Notes: generated by a model not told the origin, from the sequence alone. A stretch of 49,845 nucleotides of DNA from an uncultured Chitinophagales bacterium (GCA_964429745.1 CAYSDI010000003.1:16958-66802), one strand, 5' to 3'; shown: positions 19,352-29,600, counted from the stretch's first letter. Numbers and translations: made by a program.

Positions 19352-19448
19352 GCCAAATGCCCGAGCGGAACGCATCGGTTTCTGGTGCTGAGCTATGCCG
19401 GTTTTTGCACGGGCAGATTGGGCGAAGGCTGACGCTCTGCAACACCGC

Positions 19449-20927
19449 TCAGGGAAGCACTAAAATCTTTCGGCTTCGTATTTGTATTCCGTCCGGATAA
19501 ATGACTTCCAGCACGTAGGGACCAGGAGCCAGGGAACCGAGTTGCACCGTAACAAAAGGTCCGGTTACCAATTGGGCGTCCATGACGCGCTGACCCGCAG
19601 CATTGAACAAACTGACCCGTGCAATGCCACTGATGGATTCACCAAACTTGAAATACAATTGCTGGCCGCTGCGCACCGGACTGGGATAAATGCTCAGGCA
19701 GTCGCCCAGGCATGGAACCGGATTCCACGCGGGATTGTAAATGCGGATGATGCGATCGTCATCTACGGTGACCGCATACTGGCCGTTGAACTCGCGATTT
19801 GAAGTGCACAAGTACACGCTGCCGTCGGGGGCGGTGAGCACATCGCGGATGCGGCCAAAGACCCCAATCTGGTTGAGCTGCCCAAGGTCAGTAGGCACCA
19901 CCGGACCTTCATGCAAATAGTCGCGGACCCCTAAAACCTCCAGGCCTTCCGTGTCCAGTTGAATAACGCGAATGCGCTGTCCCGGATCGCCGCGGCGTTT
20001 GAGAAATCCTGCAATCAGGCAACCTTGCCACTGGGGAATGGCCGGATGGTTGTAATAATCCAACCCGCTGGGCCCGGCGGTCGGTGTCCAGGTTACGTGC
20101 GGCTCCACCACCGCATAGACTTCGCAAAAGGCCGCTTCTTCCGGCGCATCGCAGGCACCGGCAACTTCGGGCCAACCGTAATTGCGACTGGCTATGTGCC
20201 GGTTAAGTTCATCATCGGCATCTTCTCCGTGCTCCGTTGACCATATCTCTCCATTAGGCAACTGCACCAAGCCCTGCATGTTGCGATGGCCGAGGGTATA
20301 CAAGGCAATGCCGGGAAAAGGATTGTCCGCTGGAATGCTTCCATCTAACTCGAGCCGAAGCAATTTGCCGTTTGGGCTGAGGGAGTCCTGAGGAAGAAAG
20401 GGATTGAAGGCATCGCCTGTGGCAAAGAGCAGTTTGCCCGTCTGGTCTAACAGCAGCCGCGCACCGTTGTGCGAATCCCTTCCCGCCATTTCCAACAGGA
20501 TTTCTTCATCCTGCAAGCCATTGGCTCCGAACCAAAATCGGGAGAGCCGGAGGTTGTCTTCCGTGTAGGTGTAGCTAACGTAAATCCAGGGCTCGTTGGC
20601 AAAATTCGGGTGCAAAAACAGCGCATGGAGTCCCGAGTTGTCAGTAGAATTGAACACACCCGGAACAGTGTCCAGCACCACAACTTCTTTGGTGGAAGGA
20701 TCATAGCGTTTGAGCGCACCGGTTCGTTCAGTAAACCATAGTTGATCATCCGGTCCCCAAACCAAATCCCAGGGCAAATCCAAGTTGCGCGCTACCACCT
20801 CCGCCACCAGAGGAACGGGATCGGAAATGGCATAGGCATTCAACGCCGGGCGTTGGGCGAAGGTGAAATCACCGACGAGCAGGAAAGACCATACCAGCAA
20901 ACAACGCCACAAAGGGTGCAAACGCAT
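19449..20927 (-). CDS. PQQ-dependent glucose/sorbosone dehydrogenase family protein with T9SS C-terminal domain
   Basis: LDLPWDL, FTER, HNGARL, ATGDA, GSIPADNPF, GHRNMQG, EHG, NYGWP, GRIRDV; C-terminal domain IYPSP ... FNAAG ... PGPYVL ... KILV; start at MRLHP (20927). Confidence 0.88.
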   Translation of the reverse strand: MRLHPLWRCLLVWSFLLVGDFTFAQRPALNAYAISDPVPLVAEVVARNLDLPWDLVWGPDDQLWFTERTGALKRYDPSTKEVVVLDTVPGVFNSTDNSGLHALFLHPNFANEPWIYVSYTYTEDNLRLSRFWFGANGLQDEEILLEMAGRDSHNGARLLLDQTGKLLFATGDAFNPFLPQDSLSPNGKLLRLELDGSIPADNPFPGIALYTLGHRNMQGLVQLPNGEIWSTEHGEDADDELNRHIASRNYGWPEVAGACDAPEEAAFCEVYAVVEPHVTWTPTAGPSGLDYYNHPAIPQWQGCLIAGFLKRRGDPGQRIRVIQLDTEGLEVLGVRDYLHEGPVVPTDLGQLNQIGVFGRIRDVLTAPDGSVYLCTSNREFNGQYAVTVDDDRIIRIYNPAWNPVPCLGDCLSIYPSPVRSGQQLYFKFGESISGIARVSLFNAAGQRVMDAQLVTGPFVTVQLGSLAPGPYVLEVIYPDGIQIRSRKILVLP

Positions 20928-20980
20928 GCCGCCAAAACTACGACGGCAACCCGATTCAGGAACGCTGCTCCGGTGAGCCC

Positions 20981-21664
20981 TCATGGAGCCAGCAAAAACC
21001 CTACTGCCGGAGCCAGGCGCTCCTGCACCCAAAGGTTGTATTGCAAGCCACTCGGGTGAAGCCCGTCAGCGGCCACTAACGCAGGCTCCGCTAAGCCTCG
21101 TCGCGATAAATCGGTGATGGCCAGCCAGGTGATGTTCTTCTGTAACGCCACCCGTCGGTTTACCGCGTTCAAGGAGTCTATGCCGGTACTCACTATTGCA
21201 GGATCGGGCAGCGCAGCGCCAAATGGCGTGTAGGCATAGTCCGGAATGCTGACGACGAAGACGCGGTCGGACCTTGACCCGGCCAGAAACACCGCGGTGT
21301 CCAACAAGGCGCGAAACTCGGCTTCGTAGGCATCAATGGGGCGACCCTGGTAGAAATTGTTGACGCCGATGAGCACGGAGACCAGGTCCCAATTGGGCGA
21401 AAGGTGTTCGGCACTGACGGCTGCCTGCAGTTCATCTGTGCGCCAACCGGTGCGGGCAATGATGTGCAGGCTGTCCAACGGCAGGCCTTGCTGTTGCAGG
21501 GCTGCGGTTAGCTGGACCGGCCATCGGCTTTCGGTGGCGACGCTCTCGCCGATGGTGTAGCTATCGCCCAGAGCGAGGTAGCGCAGGGGGGTGGGGGGCT
21601 CGGCGGGTTGTGTGCAGGCGTTAAACTGGGCTGCCAGCAAACAGAGCATTAAGGCTTTGAACAT
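20981..21664 (-). CDS. SGNH/GDSL hydrolase, probable lipoprotein
   Basis: ALGDSYT, TGWRT, LIGVNN, DGLHPS; Cys after FNA in the signal peptide. Confidence 0.9.
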   Translation of the reverse strand: MFKALMLCLLAAQFNACTQPAEPPTPLRYLALGDSYTIGESVATESRWPVQLTAALQQQGLPLDSLHIIARTGWRTDELQAAVSAEHLSPNWDLVSVLIGVNNFYQGRPIDAYEAEFRALLDTAVFLAGSRSDRVFVVSIPDYAYTPFGAALPDPAIVSTGIDSLNAVNRRVALQKNITWLAITDLSRRGLAEPALVAADGLHPSGLQYNLWVQERLAPAVGFLLAP

Positions 21665-21750
21665 GCTCAAACTTACGGGCTGCCGGGCATGCCCGGTTTG
21701 CCCGGAAACCCGATTTGCACAAAATCAACGAAAACGGCCGGAATACAATT

Positions 21751-21766
21751 TGGCACGCCACTTGCT
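21751..21766 (+). promoter_or_regulatory. Sigma-54 (-24/-12) promoter
   Basis: TGGCACG-CCAC-TTGCT is an exact match to TGGCACG-N4-TTGCW and ends 28 nt before ATG 21795. Confidence 0.8.
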
Positions 21767-21794
21767 ATGGGTCAAATGCAGTAAATACTACGCC

Positions 21795-22331
21795 ATGAAA
21801 ATCCTGCTTCCCTTCCTCGTCGCAACGCTGTTGCTCTCCTCCTGCACCCTCAAACTAAGCCCCTACACCACCCGCCTGCACCAGGAAACCGGGCTGGACG
21901 AACAGGGGCTTCAACGGGTGCAATTTTACGTGTCCAAAGACATTGTGCTTCAGCGCGACATGGGCGACAGCGAAACCGAAGTGGTTGGTGGAAAAATCAG
22001 GATGGTCAACGGCCGCCGTGTAGAAGAAGTGGTCATTCTGGCCGGTACACCTGGTGTGTTGATGAACATGCCCGACACCGACCGCTTAGCCGTCAGTTTT
22101 GAAGCCACTTCCAACGATTACCTGCTGTTCGGCGTTAGCGAAAACGAGGGCGGCGCCTATGCCCTGATGGCCAAAGATTGGACCCACCGGGTCGGAGAAA
22201 TTCAATACGGGGGAAAAATATATCGCACTACGCCAGAGAGCGCAGGCGCGATTCTGCTCGTGGATGTTCGAAAACTGAACAAAGTGGACCTCAACAGCCG
22301 CACCGCCAGCGGCCGCAAGATCAACGAATAA
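21795..22331 (+). CDS. Hypothetical lipoprotein
   Basis: MKILLPFLVATLLLSS-C lipobox at 21795; 178 aa; lies downstream of the sigma-54 site. Confidence 0.8.
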   Translation: MKILLPFLVATLLLSSCTLKLSPYTTRLHQETGLDEQGLQRVQFYVSKDIVLQRDMGDSETEVVGGKIRMVNGRRVEEVVILAGTPGVLMNMPDTDRLAVSFEATSNDYLLFGVSENEGGAYALMAKDWTHRVGEIQYGGKIYRTTPESAGAILLVDVRKLNKVDLNSRTASGRKINE

Positions 22332-22390
22332 CCGTTCAGGTTTACAGCCTTTGATCGGTCTGCCGCCAAGCGGCAACTCAGGAATGACCC

Positions 22391-22431
22391 AAAAAAAAGA
22401 AGGAGCCGCATATCGCGACTCCTTTCTTCTT
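22391..22431 (-). terminator. Rho-independent terminator (U8 tail on the minus strand; possibly bidirectional)
   Basis: Minus strand reads AAGAAAGGAGTCGCGATATGCGGCTCCTTC-TTTTTTTT. Confidence 0.85.
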
Positions 22432-22465
22432 AGGGATTACAGGAAATACAATCAGGGTCAGGGTG
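22391..22465 (-). ncRNA. Candidate ~75-nt small RNA
   Basis: Minus strand: TTTG (22499-22496), 19-nt spacer, TATCTTGT (22476-22469), then about 35 nt without an ORF, then the terminator with U8 tail. Confidence 0.5.
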
Positions 22466-22560
22466 AGCACAAGATAGGCGTGGTTCTGAGGGCTCCAAAG
22501 CCTTTAGCCAGCTACTTAGAATTCGTAAGATTTTACGGGAAATTCGACTGTAAACCAGCG

Positions 22561-23187
22561 TTAAAACCAAGTTTGGACGGTTAACTCCAGCGCCGCATTA
22601 GCCGGGTGCAACACAGCCTGCCACCCTGCGACGCGCGCAGCCTGCACGTTTTCGGGATGGTCATCTACAAACATCAGGTCTGCCGGCTTTAGCCCAACAT
22701 GCTCGGCCACGGTGTGGTAAATGATTGGCTCGGGCTTGCGCATTCGCATCTCGTAACTCAGGAACAGATGTTGAAAAATGCCAGCAAACAGCGGGCGCCC
22801 ATGCGCCTGATCCACATGGCTGAAAATCCATTCCATGTGCAACGCATTGGTATTGCTGAGCAAATACAGCGGGTAGCTTTTGGCCAGTTTGGCCAATGCG
22901 ATCAGGTTTTCCGGGGGAATGGGCTCCAGAATGGTCTGCCACACCGTCCGTACGTCGGCTTCGTCGCTGCCGGCGAGCCGAGCCAGGGTTCCCAAAAACT
23001 CCTGCCCGGAGATCTGGCCCTTTTCGAACCGATCAAAAAAACCATCGTCCAGCAAAGCGGCGTAGGCCCGATCAAAAGGGTGGTTCCCCGCTGACCCTTG
23101 GGCGCTCAGCGATCGAAAGGCGGCCTCCGCCCGAGGCCGGTTCAGGGGCAGGATGACCCCCCCGAGGTCAAAAACGATGGCTTTCAT
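22561..23187 (-). CDS. HAD-superfamily phosphatase (YihX-like)
   Basis: MKAIVFDLGGVI motif I, LLSNTN, RKPEP, FVDD. Confidence 0.9.
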   Translation of the reverse strand: MKAIVFDLGGVILPLNRPRAEAAFRSLSAQGSAGNHPFDRAYAALLDDGFFDRFEKGQISGQEFLGTLARLAGSDEADVRTVWQTILEPIPPENLIALAKLAKSYPLYLLSNTNALHMEWIFSHVDQAHGRPLFAGIFQHLFLSYEMRMRKPEPIIYHTVAEHVGLKPADLMFVDDHPENVQAARVAGWQAVLHPANAALELTVQTWF

Positions 23188-23286
23188 AGGCGAAGGGGGC
23201 AAAAATCGGTCAGCTTGTTGGCTTTCTCGCTACGCGGCTGGGTTTTTGGGAGTTCCCATTATCTTTACCAACCCGGATTGTTTTAC

Positions 23287-23359
<73 letters not shown>

Positions 23360-23365
23360 CCCGAT

Positions 23366-23393
23366 AACCCTGCCTCCGCAGGGTTTTGTTTTT
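23366..23393 (+). terminator. Rho-independent terminator after the tRNA
   Basis: AACCCTGC-CTCC-GCAGGGTT followed by TTGTTTTT. Confidence 0.75.
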
Positions 23394-23410
23394 CGCGTCA
23401 CCTCCCTGGC

Positions 23411-24181
23411 ATGACGGTAGTTTATTATCAGATTCTTGTGGCTTGTATTGCCCTGGTGCTCTCGCTGGGGGTAGCGGTATTGGCCTGGATGCTGCTCCGC
23501 AGTCGCGCGCGCGAGAACACCCTTCGCCAGGAATTGGAAGCCCAGGAAAGCCGCCTGCGCCAGACTATGGCCACGCAGGAAGAGGAGCGCAAACAGTTCA
23601 GTGGCGCCTTGCACGAAGAAATTGGCAGACAATTGCAGGACTTGCGCCTTTCTGCCAGCCGCTTGGCGGAGCGTTCTGCGCAGCAATCGCCGGAACAGGG
23701 TGCCGAAATACGCCGGATTGGGCAGGGACTGGAACACGCCGCCCGCGACATCAAAGCCCTTTCGGACAAGCTGCTTCCTCGTGTTCTGGCCGAAACGGGC
23801 CTGGACGCAGCGCTGGCTGAATTAACCGATCAGCTTTTTCGGAATTCCTCCCTTCAGGCCCGGTACTCGCCCAGCGCTACCGGCGGCCGCTACGGGCAAC
23901 AGGTGGAGATTGCCACCTACCGCATGGCCCGTGAATTGCTCAGCAACGCCGCGCGGCACGCCGGCGCTCGCCACGTGGACATGCACCTGGAGCGCAACGG
24001 CTACTACCTGCTGCTCACAGTCCGCGATGACGGTCGGGGTTTCGACACCAGCAGGGCCAGGGTTCGGGACAGCGGGCTTCAACGCCTGGAATCGCATTTG
24101 CAGTCCACCGGGGGAAAAGCCAGTTTCTCAAGCGGCATTGGAGAAGGGACCAGCGTGACCTTGCGGATCCCGATCGCGTAA
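23411..24181 (+). CDS. HisKA_3 (NarQ/DegS-like) sensor histidine kinase with a single TM segment
   Basis: N-terminal TM; QEEERKQFSGALHEEIG (H box), ELLSNAARHA (N box), DDGRGFD (G1), GEGTSVTLRIP. Confidence 0.87.
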   Translation: MTVVYYQILVACIALVLSLGVAVLAWMLLRSRARENTLRQELEAQESRLRQTMATQEEERKQFSGALHEEIGRQLQDLRLSASRLAERSAQQSPEQGAEIRRIGQGLEHAARDIKALSDKLLPRVLAETGLDAALAELTDQLFRNSSLQARYSPSATGGRYGQQVEIATYRMARELLSNAARHAGARHVDMHLERNGYYLLLTVRDDGRGFDTSRARVRDSGLQRLESHLQSTGGKASFSSGIGEGTSVTLRIPIA

Positions 24182-24293
24182 TCGCCAGGAACATGGGTTT
24201 TGACTCAAACGGCACACAGGCCTTGCGCATTATCCACCGGACAAGCGCGCGCCGAGGGCATTGGTCTGCCTGAATGCACCTAACTTTGTGCCC

Positions 24294-25067
24294 ATGAGAA
24301 AATTATGGCTCTCCCTATTCCTGCTGGCCACCGGTTTTTCCGTATTTGCCCAGGACGATACCAATGATGAAACCACAACGGAGGATACTGAAGAAGCCGA
24401 ACCCTTTTCGCTGTCATCAGCCACCTCGGATTCCCGCGACCGCCTGGTATTGGAATTGAACTGGAACACCTGGCTCAATACCCCTGACGTTTTTAATGTG
24501 CAAGCGAAATCGCGGGGTTTTAATTTTTACTTCTACTACGATCTGCAACTCGGAACGGACAATGTAGCGCTGGCTCCAGGCATCGGCTTGAGCAACTCCA
24601 ACATTTTCCACGAGTCTTTTCTGGCGGTGAATGCCGATTCTAACGCAACAGCTTACGGCGTAACGGAAGTGCTGCCCTTCCCGGATGGCTTGGATTACAA
24701 AAAGAACAAGATTAGCCTGACCTACGTGGAGGTACCCGTGGAACTGCGCATTCGCACCAACCCCAACGACAAAGGCAAGCGTTTTAAAATTGCCGCCGGG
24801 TTCAAAGCGGGGTTGCTGATTAACAGCCACACCAAATACGTAGGGGACGATACCCGGCCCGGTGCCTACCCGGCCAACACCGAATACGTCAAGTACAAAG
24901 AGTCCCGCATCCTGAACGTTCAATCGTTCCGCTACGGCGTTACGGGCCGCGTGGGCTACGGTGCTGTGAACGTGCACGCCTTCTACGGGCTCACCGATGT
25001 GTTTGAAGACGGTTTGGGCCCAACAGCGAATGCTCTGGAAGTGGGCATTTCGTTTAATCCGTTCTAA
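24294..25067 (+). CDS. Outer-membrane beta-barrel protein (PorT-like / OMP_b-brl_2)
   Basis: Signal peptide ending SVFA-Q; YVEVPVELR, alternating amphipathic strands and a C-terminal Phe. Confidence 0.8.
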   Translation: MRKLWLSLFLLATGFSVFAQDDTNDETTTEDTEEAEPFSLSSATSDSRDRLVLELNWNTWLNTPDVFNVQAKSRGFNFYFYYDLQLGTDNVALAPGIGLSNSNIFHESFLAVNADSNATAYGVTEVLPFPDGLDYKKNKISLTYVEVPVELRIRTNPNDKGKRFKIAAGFKAGLLINSHTKYVGDDTRPGAYPANTEYVKYKESRILNVQSFRYGVTGRVGYGAVNVHAFYGLTDVFEDGLGPTANALEVGISFNPF

Positions 25068-25079
25068 TAGGAGTTCCCT

Positions 25080-26015
25080 TTAGAAGTAACGCGGGGCCAT
25101 CATTCTAGGCGTCGCAATCCGGTTGCGGCCAAAGTCAAGGTCAAAGCCCACCAGGATTTCATGCGAGCCGGTGGTGTATGGACCCACTTCGTTGATCTGG
25201 TGATCGTAGGCATAGCCCACCCGCAATTGGCGGTTCACCTGGAACTCCACCATGCCATCAATCGAGGCATTGGTTCGGTAGCTGACCCCTGCCCAGAAGC
25301 GCTCTACAAACAGAAAGCTGGCGTTGAAGTCCGCTTGGACTGGTGCATTTGGAACGTATTTCACCAACACCGCCGGACGGAACTTGACGCTTTCGCTGAT
25401 GTCTACCACACCGCCCATCATGGCGTTCATGTGACGGGATTGTCTGGCGTAAGCGTTGTCCTCGCTGAGCAGCGTCCGGCCGCTCAGGTCGTTCTCAATC
25501 AGGCGCTGAGCCGAAACACCCGCGTAAAACGCTTCGCTCTGGTAGTACACCCCGGCACCCACGTTGGGGCTGAAGGTACTCAGGTCCGTGGCCAGGCTTG
25601 GATCACCAGCATCGATGTGAACAGCGGTGCTCAGGGCCACCTCGTAGTGGTCAAAGCCACCTTGCACACCAAAGCTTAGACGACCATCGCCAAGGGGTAG
25701 GCGGTAAGCGTAGTTGGCATAAATGCCTGTCTGGTTTTGGAGGCCGAGGCGGTCGTTGATGACCGTCAGGCCCAAAGCCACTTTGGGGTTCTTCAGGTGC
25801 CCGTGAACACTAAAGGTTCCGGTTCTCGGCGCACCGTTGAAACCTGTCCATTGGTCCCGGTAGAGCATGGTAATGCTGGTAGCTGCCCGGCTGCCGGCAT
25901 AACCCGGATTGATGAGTAATTTGTTGAACATGTACTGGGTGTACATGGCCTCTTGTTGGGCAATCAGAGGGCTGGCGGCAAAGGCGAGGAGTAGCGTGAG
26001 TAAGATTCGATTCAT
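25080..26015 (-). CDS. PorP/SprF family T9SS membrane protein
   Basis: QQEAMYTQYMFNKLLINPGYAG, YRDQWTGFNGAP, NDRLG, YAYRL, GYAYD, GSHEI; start MNRILL at 26015. Confidence 0.92.
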   Translation of the reverse strand: MNRILLTLLLAFAASPLIAQQEAMYTQYMFNKLLINPGYAGSRAATSITMLYRDQWTGFNGAPRTGTFSVHGHLKNPKVALGLTVINDRLGLQNQTGIYANYAYRLPLGDGRLSFGVQGGFDHYEVALSTAVHIDAGDPSLATDLSTFSPNVGAGVYYQSEAFYAGVSAQRLIENDLSGRTLLSEDNAYARQSRHMNAMMGGVVDISESVKFRPAVLVKYVPNAPVQADFNASFLFVERFWAGVSYRTNASIDGMVEFQVNRQLRVGYAYDHQINEVGPYTTGSHEILVGFDLDFGRNRIATPRMMAPRYF

Positions 26016-26573
26016 AAGTATGTTGAGCAAAGGCTTTGTGCCTATCTGCTGCTTTTGTTTGGTGATTGAAGGAATAGAACCGGCCCTTTTACCCGAATGC
26101 CGTTTCGGTGTCACGAAGTCAGGCTTTTTTGGTGGGTTTTTGAGGCTTTCGATGTTTCTGGCGTGCAAACATTTTGGAGCAACAATCCCGGTACTTTTTT
26201 GATCCTATTGTCAAGATTGCTTTCTGCTGCCCACTTGTCAAGGGTAGCGACATACATTTCTGGGATGCATGCATAAACCTCGGGCGCTCAGAATGGCCTG
26301 CGTCCCATGCAGCGAATAAAAATGCTGGTAGTGGATAAAATCAGCCCTTGCTACGGCTTTTCAGGCCCCTTCGCCCTAAATGAGACGGGAGAAATCCGCG
26401 TCACAACCGGCCAGGCAGCGCGCAAAAACAGGGCATATTGGCCCTCCAAAAAGGTAGAAACCCGGAAATGGCTGTGGGTTCACAAGATGCGCCAGCGTGA
26501 AAGGAGGATCCGATGAGCTGCTCAAAACCAGGGTCTGGCAATAGGTTTTGCGATAGGTCTAAAGGGTGCTATT

Positions 26574-26607
26574 AAAAAACCCCCGAACAGGAGTTCCTGT
26601 TCGGGGG
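26574..26607 (-). terminator. Rho-independent terminator of the adhesin operon
   Basis: CCCCCGAACAGG-AGTT-CCTGTTCGGGGG hairpin followed by T6 on the minus strand. Confidence 0.88.
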
Positions 26608-26654
26608 GCAAAAAAGCTTCAGACCGGGGCTGCCCCCTATCTTATGTACAGAGT

Positions 26655-29600
26655 TTAGCGCTGAATAGCGACGAAGCCTTTAAAGATCGGGCTATCCTTT
26701 TGGTTGGGGTCCAGCACCAAGACGTAGAAATAGGTGCCATCCGGCAACATCTCGCCGTTGGTCATGTTGGTGCCATCCCACTGGCTGGCGTAGCTATCGG
26801 CCTGGTATATCAAGTTCTCCCAACGATTGAACACCATCAACTGGTTGTCGGGGAATTGCTCGATCCCGATGATCTCAAAGGTCTCGTTGAACCCGTCGCC
26901 GTTGGGCGTAAACACTTCTGGTATGATTATGTCCACTTCGGCCATGGTGATGCAAACCAACGCGTCATCGCGCTCTACCCCCAGGTTGTCGCAGACTTCA
27001 TAGGTGAAGCAATCTACACCCACATAGCCAATCTCGGGCGTGTACAGCACTGAACCATCCGGATTGATGACCACCGTGCCGTGCAATGGCGTGGTTAAGA
27101 GCGTCACGCAATCAGGGTCGGCATTGGGTGAGTCGTTGGCCAGAATAACGATGGCCACCGGTTCGCCTGCAGGCGTGGAAGCAACGTCATCATTGGCCAC
27201 CAGATCCACGCAGGCCACCACAATGGTCACCCAGGCGGTATCGCAATGGCCCCAGGTGTCGCAGATGAGGTATTCAAACCCATCGGTGCCGCACCAATCG
27301 TCGAAAGGAGTGTAGGTTACCACACCCGTGGCCAAATCCACGCTTAAAGTACCGTTCACCGGATCCGTCAGGATGTCCAGCGAGCCGGGCACGATCGGGT
27401 AATCACCCGGAATGTCGTTCACAAGCACTGGGATCACGACAGGCTGTTCTTCCGGGGTGGAAGCGGCATCGTCAACCGCCACAAGCGCAACAGGCACTTC
27501 ACCCGTGGTTACAAAAACCCAGGCATCGTCGCACAGGTCCGTGAAGTCGCATACCTGGTAGCGGAAGCTGTCCGTGCCAAAGAACCCTTCGCCAGGAGTA
27601 AAGGTGACTGTGCCGTCCGGGTTAACCGTCACGGTGCCGAAAAGCGGATCCGTGAGAATGGTGACCGAACCGGGGTTAATGTCGGTCTCCACGTCAAAGT
27701 CGTTGGCCAGGATGTCTATGGTTACCGGCACATCTTCCGGTGTGCTGGCGTAGTCGTCCACAGCCACCGGAGCATCCGGCACCGGGGTAACCAGAATGAT
27801 GATCAACGCGCTGTCGCACAAGCCGGTCAGATCACACACAACATACCCAATGGTATCTAAACCATACCAGTCTGTATCGGGCGTGTAAGTAACGTTTCCA
27901 GTTGCGGGATCCACGCTGGCTGTTCCGTGTGACGGACCGCCCGTGATGGCCACCGAAGTGGGGTCTAAATCCCCATCGGGATCGGAGTCGTTAACGAGCG
28001 GATCAACCGTGATGGCACTGTCTTCGGGCGTGGTGATCAAGTCATTGACCGCCACCGGACCGTCCACAACTGTTCCTATGCTGATGACCACCCAGGCGTC
28101 GTCGCAAAGGCCGTCGTCGTCGCAAACCTGGTAGCGGAAAGAATCCACTCCGTTCCAATCCAAATCGGGGGAATAGGTTACGGTTCCGTCGGCGAGTACC
28201 GCGGTGGATCCGTGCAGCGGGGCTGTAAGCACCAATACTGTTCCCGGCATCAGCATGCCATCAATGTCGTAATCATTACTCAAAACAACCACGTTGATCG
28301 GGGTATCCTCGCTGCCGGGCAGCGCATCGTCCACCGCCACCGGCGGATCATTCACATCGCCAACCAAGATGGTTACTGTAGCATCGTCGCAAAGTCCATC
28401 ATCGTCGCAGACCTGGTAGGTGTAGGAATCGTTGCCATTCCAGTCAGCGTTGGGGGTGTACACCATGGAGCCGTCGGGCATGACCGTTACCGTGCCGTTG
28501 GTTGGCGGCGTCACCACCGTTACGCTTCCCGGAACCAGGTAGCCGTCCGGATCATAGTCGTTGATGAGCACGGGAATTACCACGGCTACATCTTCCGGGG
28601 TACTTGCGATATCGTCTTCGGCAATCGGCGGATCGTTGACATCGCCAATGGTAATGATGACCAGCGCCTGATCGCAGGCACCGTCGTCGTCACAGACCTG
28701 GTAAACCAGGGTGTCCGTGCCGTACCAATCGGGATTGGGATAGTAAGTAATGCTGCCATCCGGATTGACGCTGGCAAGGCCATTGCTGGGTACATCCAGA
28801 ATACTGACCGAAGCTGGCACCAGGAACCCATCGGGATCGCTGTCGTTAGCCATAACCGGCACGGTTATCGGCGTGTCTTCGGCTGTGCTAACGATGTCGT
28901 CCACAGCAATCGGGGGATCGTTGACATCGCCCACCGCAACCGTGACCTGCGCGTCGTCGCAAAGCCCGTCGTTGTCGCACACTTCGTAGGTGTACACATC
29001 TACTCCAAACCAATCGGGCGAAGGGGTATAGGTAATGGTCCCATCGGGATTGACCACCACTGTGCCGTTCGCCGGAGCAATAACAATAGTTACGCTGCCA
29101 GGTACCAGCCAGCCGTCCGGATCGTGGTCATTGGCCAGAACAGTTGTCGTAACAGGAGTGTCTTCGACCGTAAAGGCCGCATCATCCACCGCTACGGGCG
29201 GATCATTGACATCGCCTGTTGTAATCGTGACAACAGCCGCATCGCATGCGCCATCATCATCGCAAACCTGGTAGGTATAAGCATCCGTGCCGAAATAATC
29301 CGGTTCCGGTGTATAAGTAATGCTGCCGTCCGGATGCACCACCAGCGTACCATGGCTCGGGGCAACCAGAATAGTCACGGAAGCAGGCACCAGGAAGCCA
29401 TCGGTGTCGTAATCGTTGTTGAGCACAACGGTGGTCACCGGCGTGTCTTCCGGCGTGAACTCCGTATCATCCACCGCAATCGGCGGATCATTGACATCCC
29501 CAACGGTAATGGTTACCATGGCCTGGTCACAAGCGCCGTCATCATCGCACACTTGATAGCTGTAATGGTCGGTTCCGTTCCAACCTGGATCAGGGGTGTA

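Noticed and set aside
24209-24227. Additional sigma-54-like sites (here, and near 26027-26043, 26536-26551 and 49777-49792)
   Set aside because: GG-to-GC spacing is 11 or 12 nt instead of the strict 10.
26307-26516. 69-aa ORF in the long intergenic region
   Set aside because: No recognisable motif or signal peptide and no clear promoter; cannot be supported as a gene.
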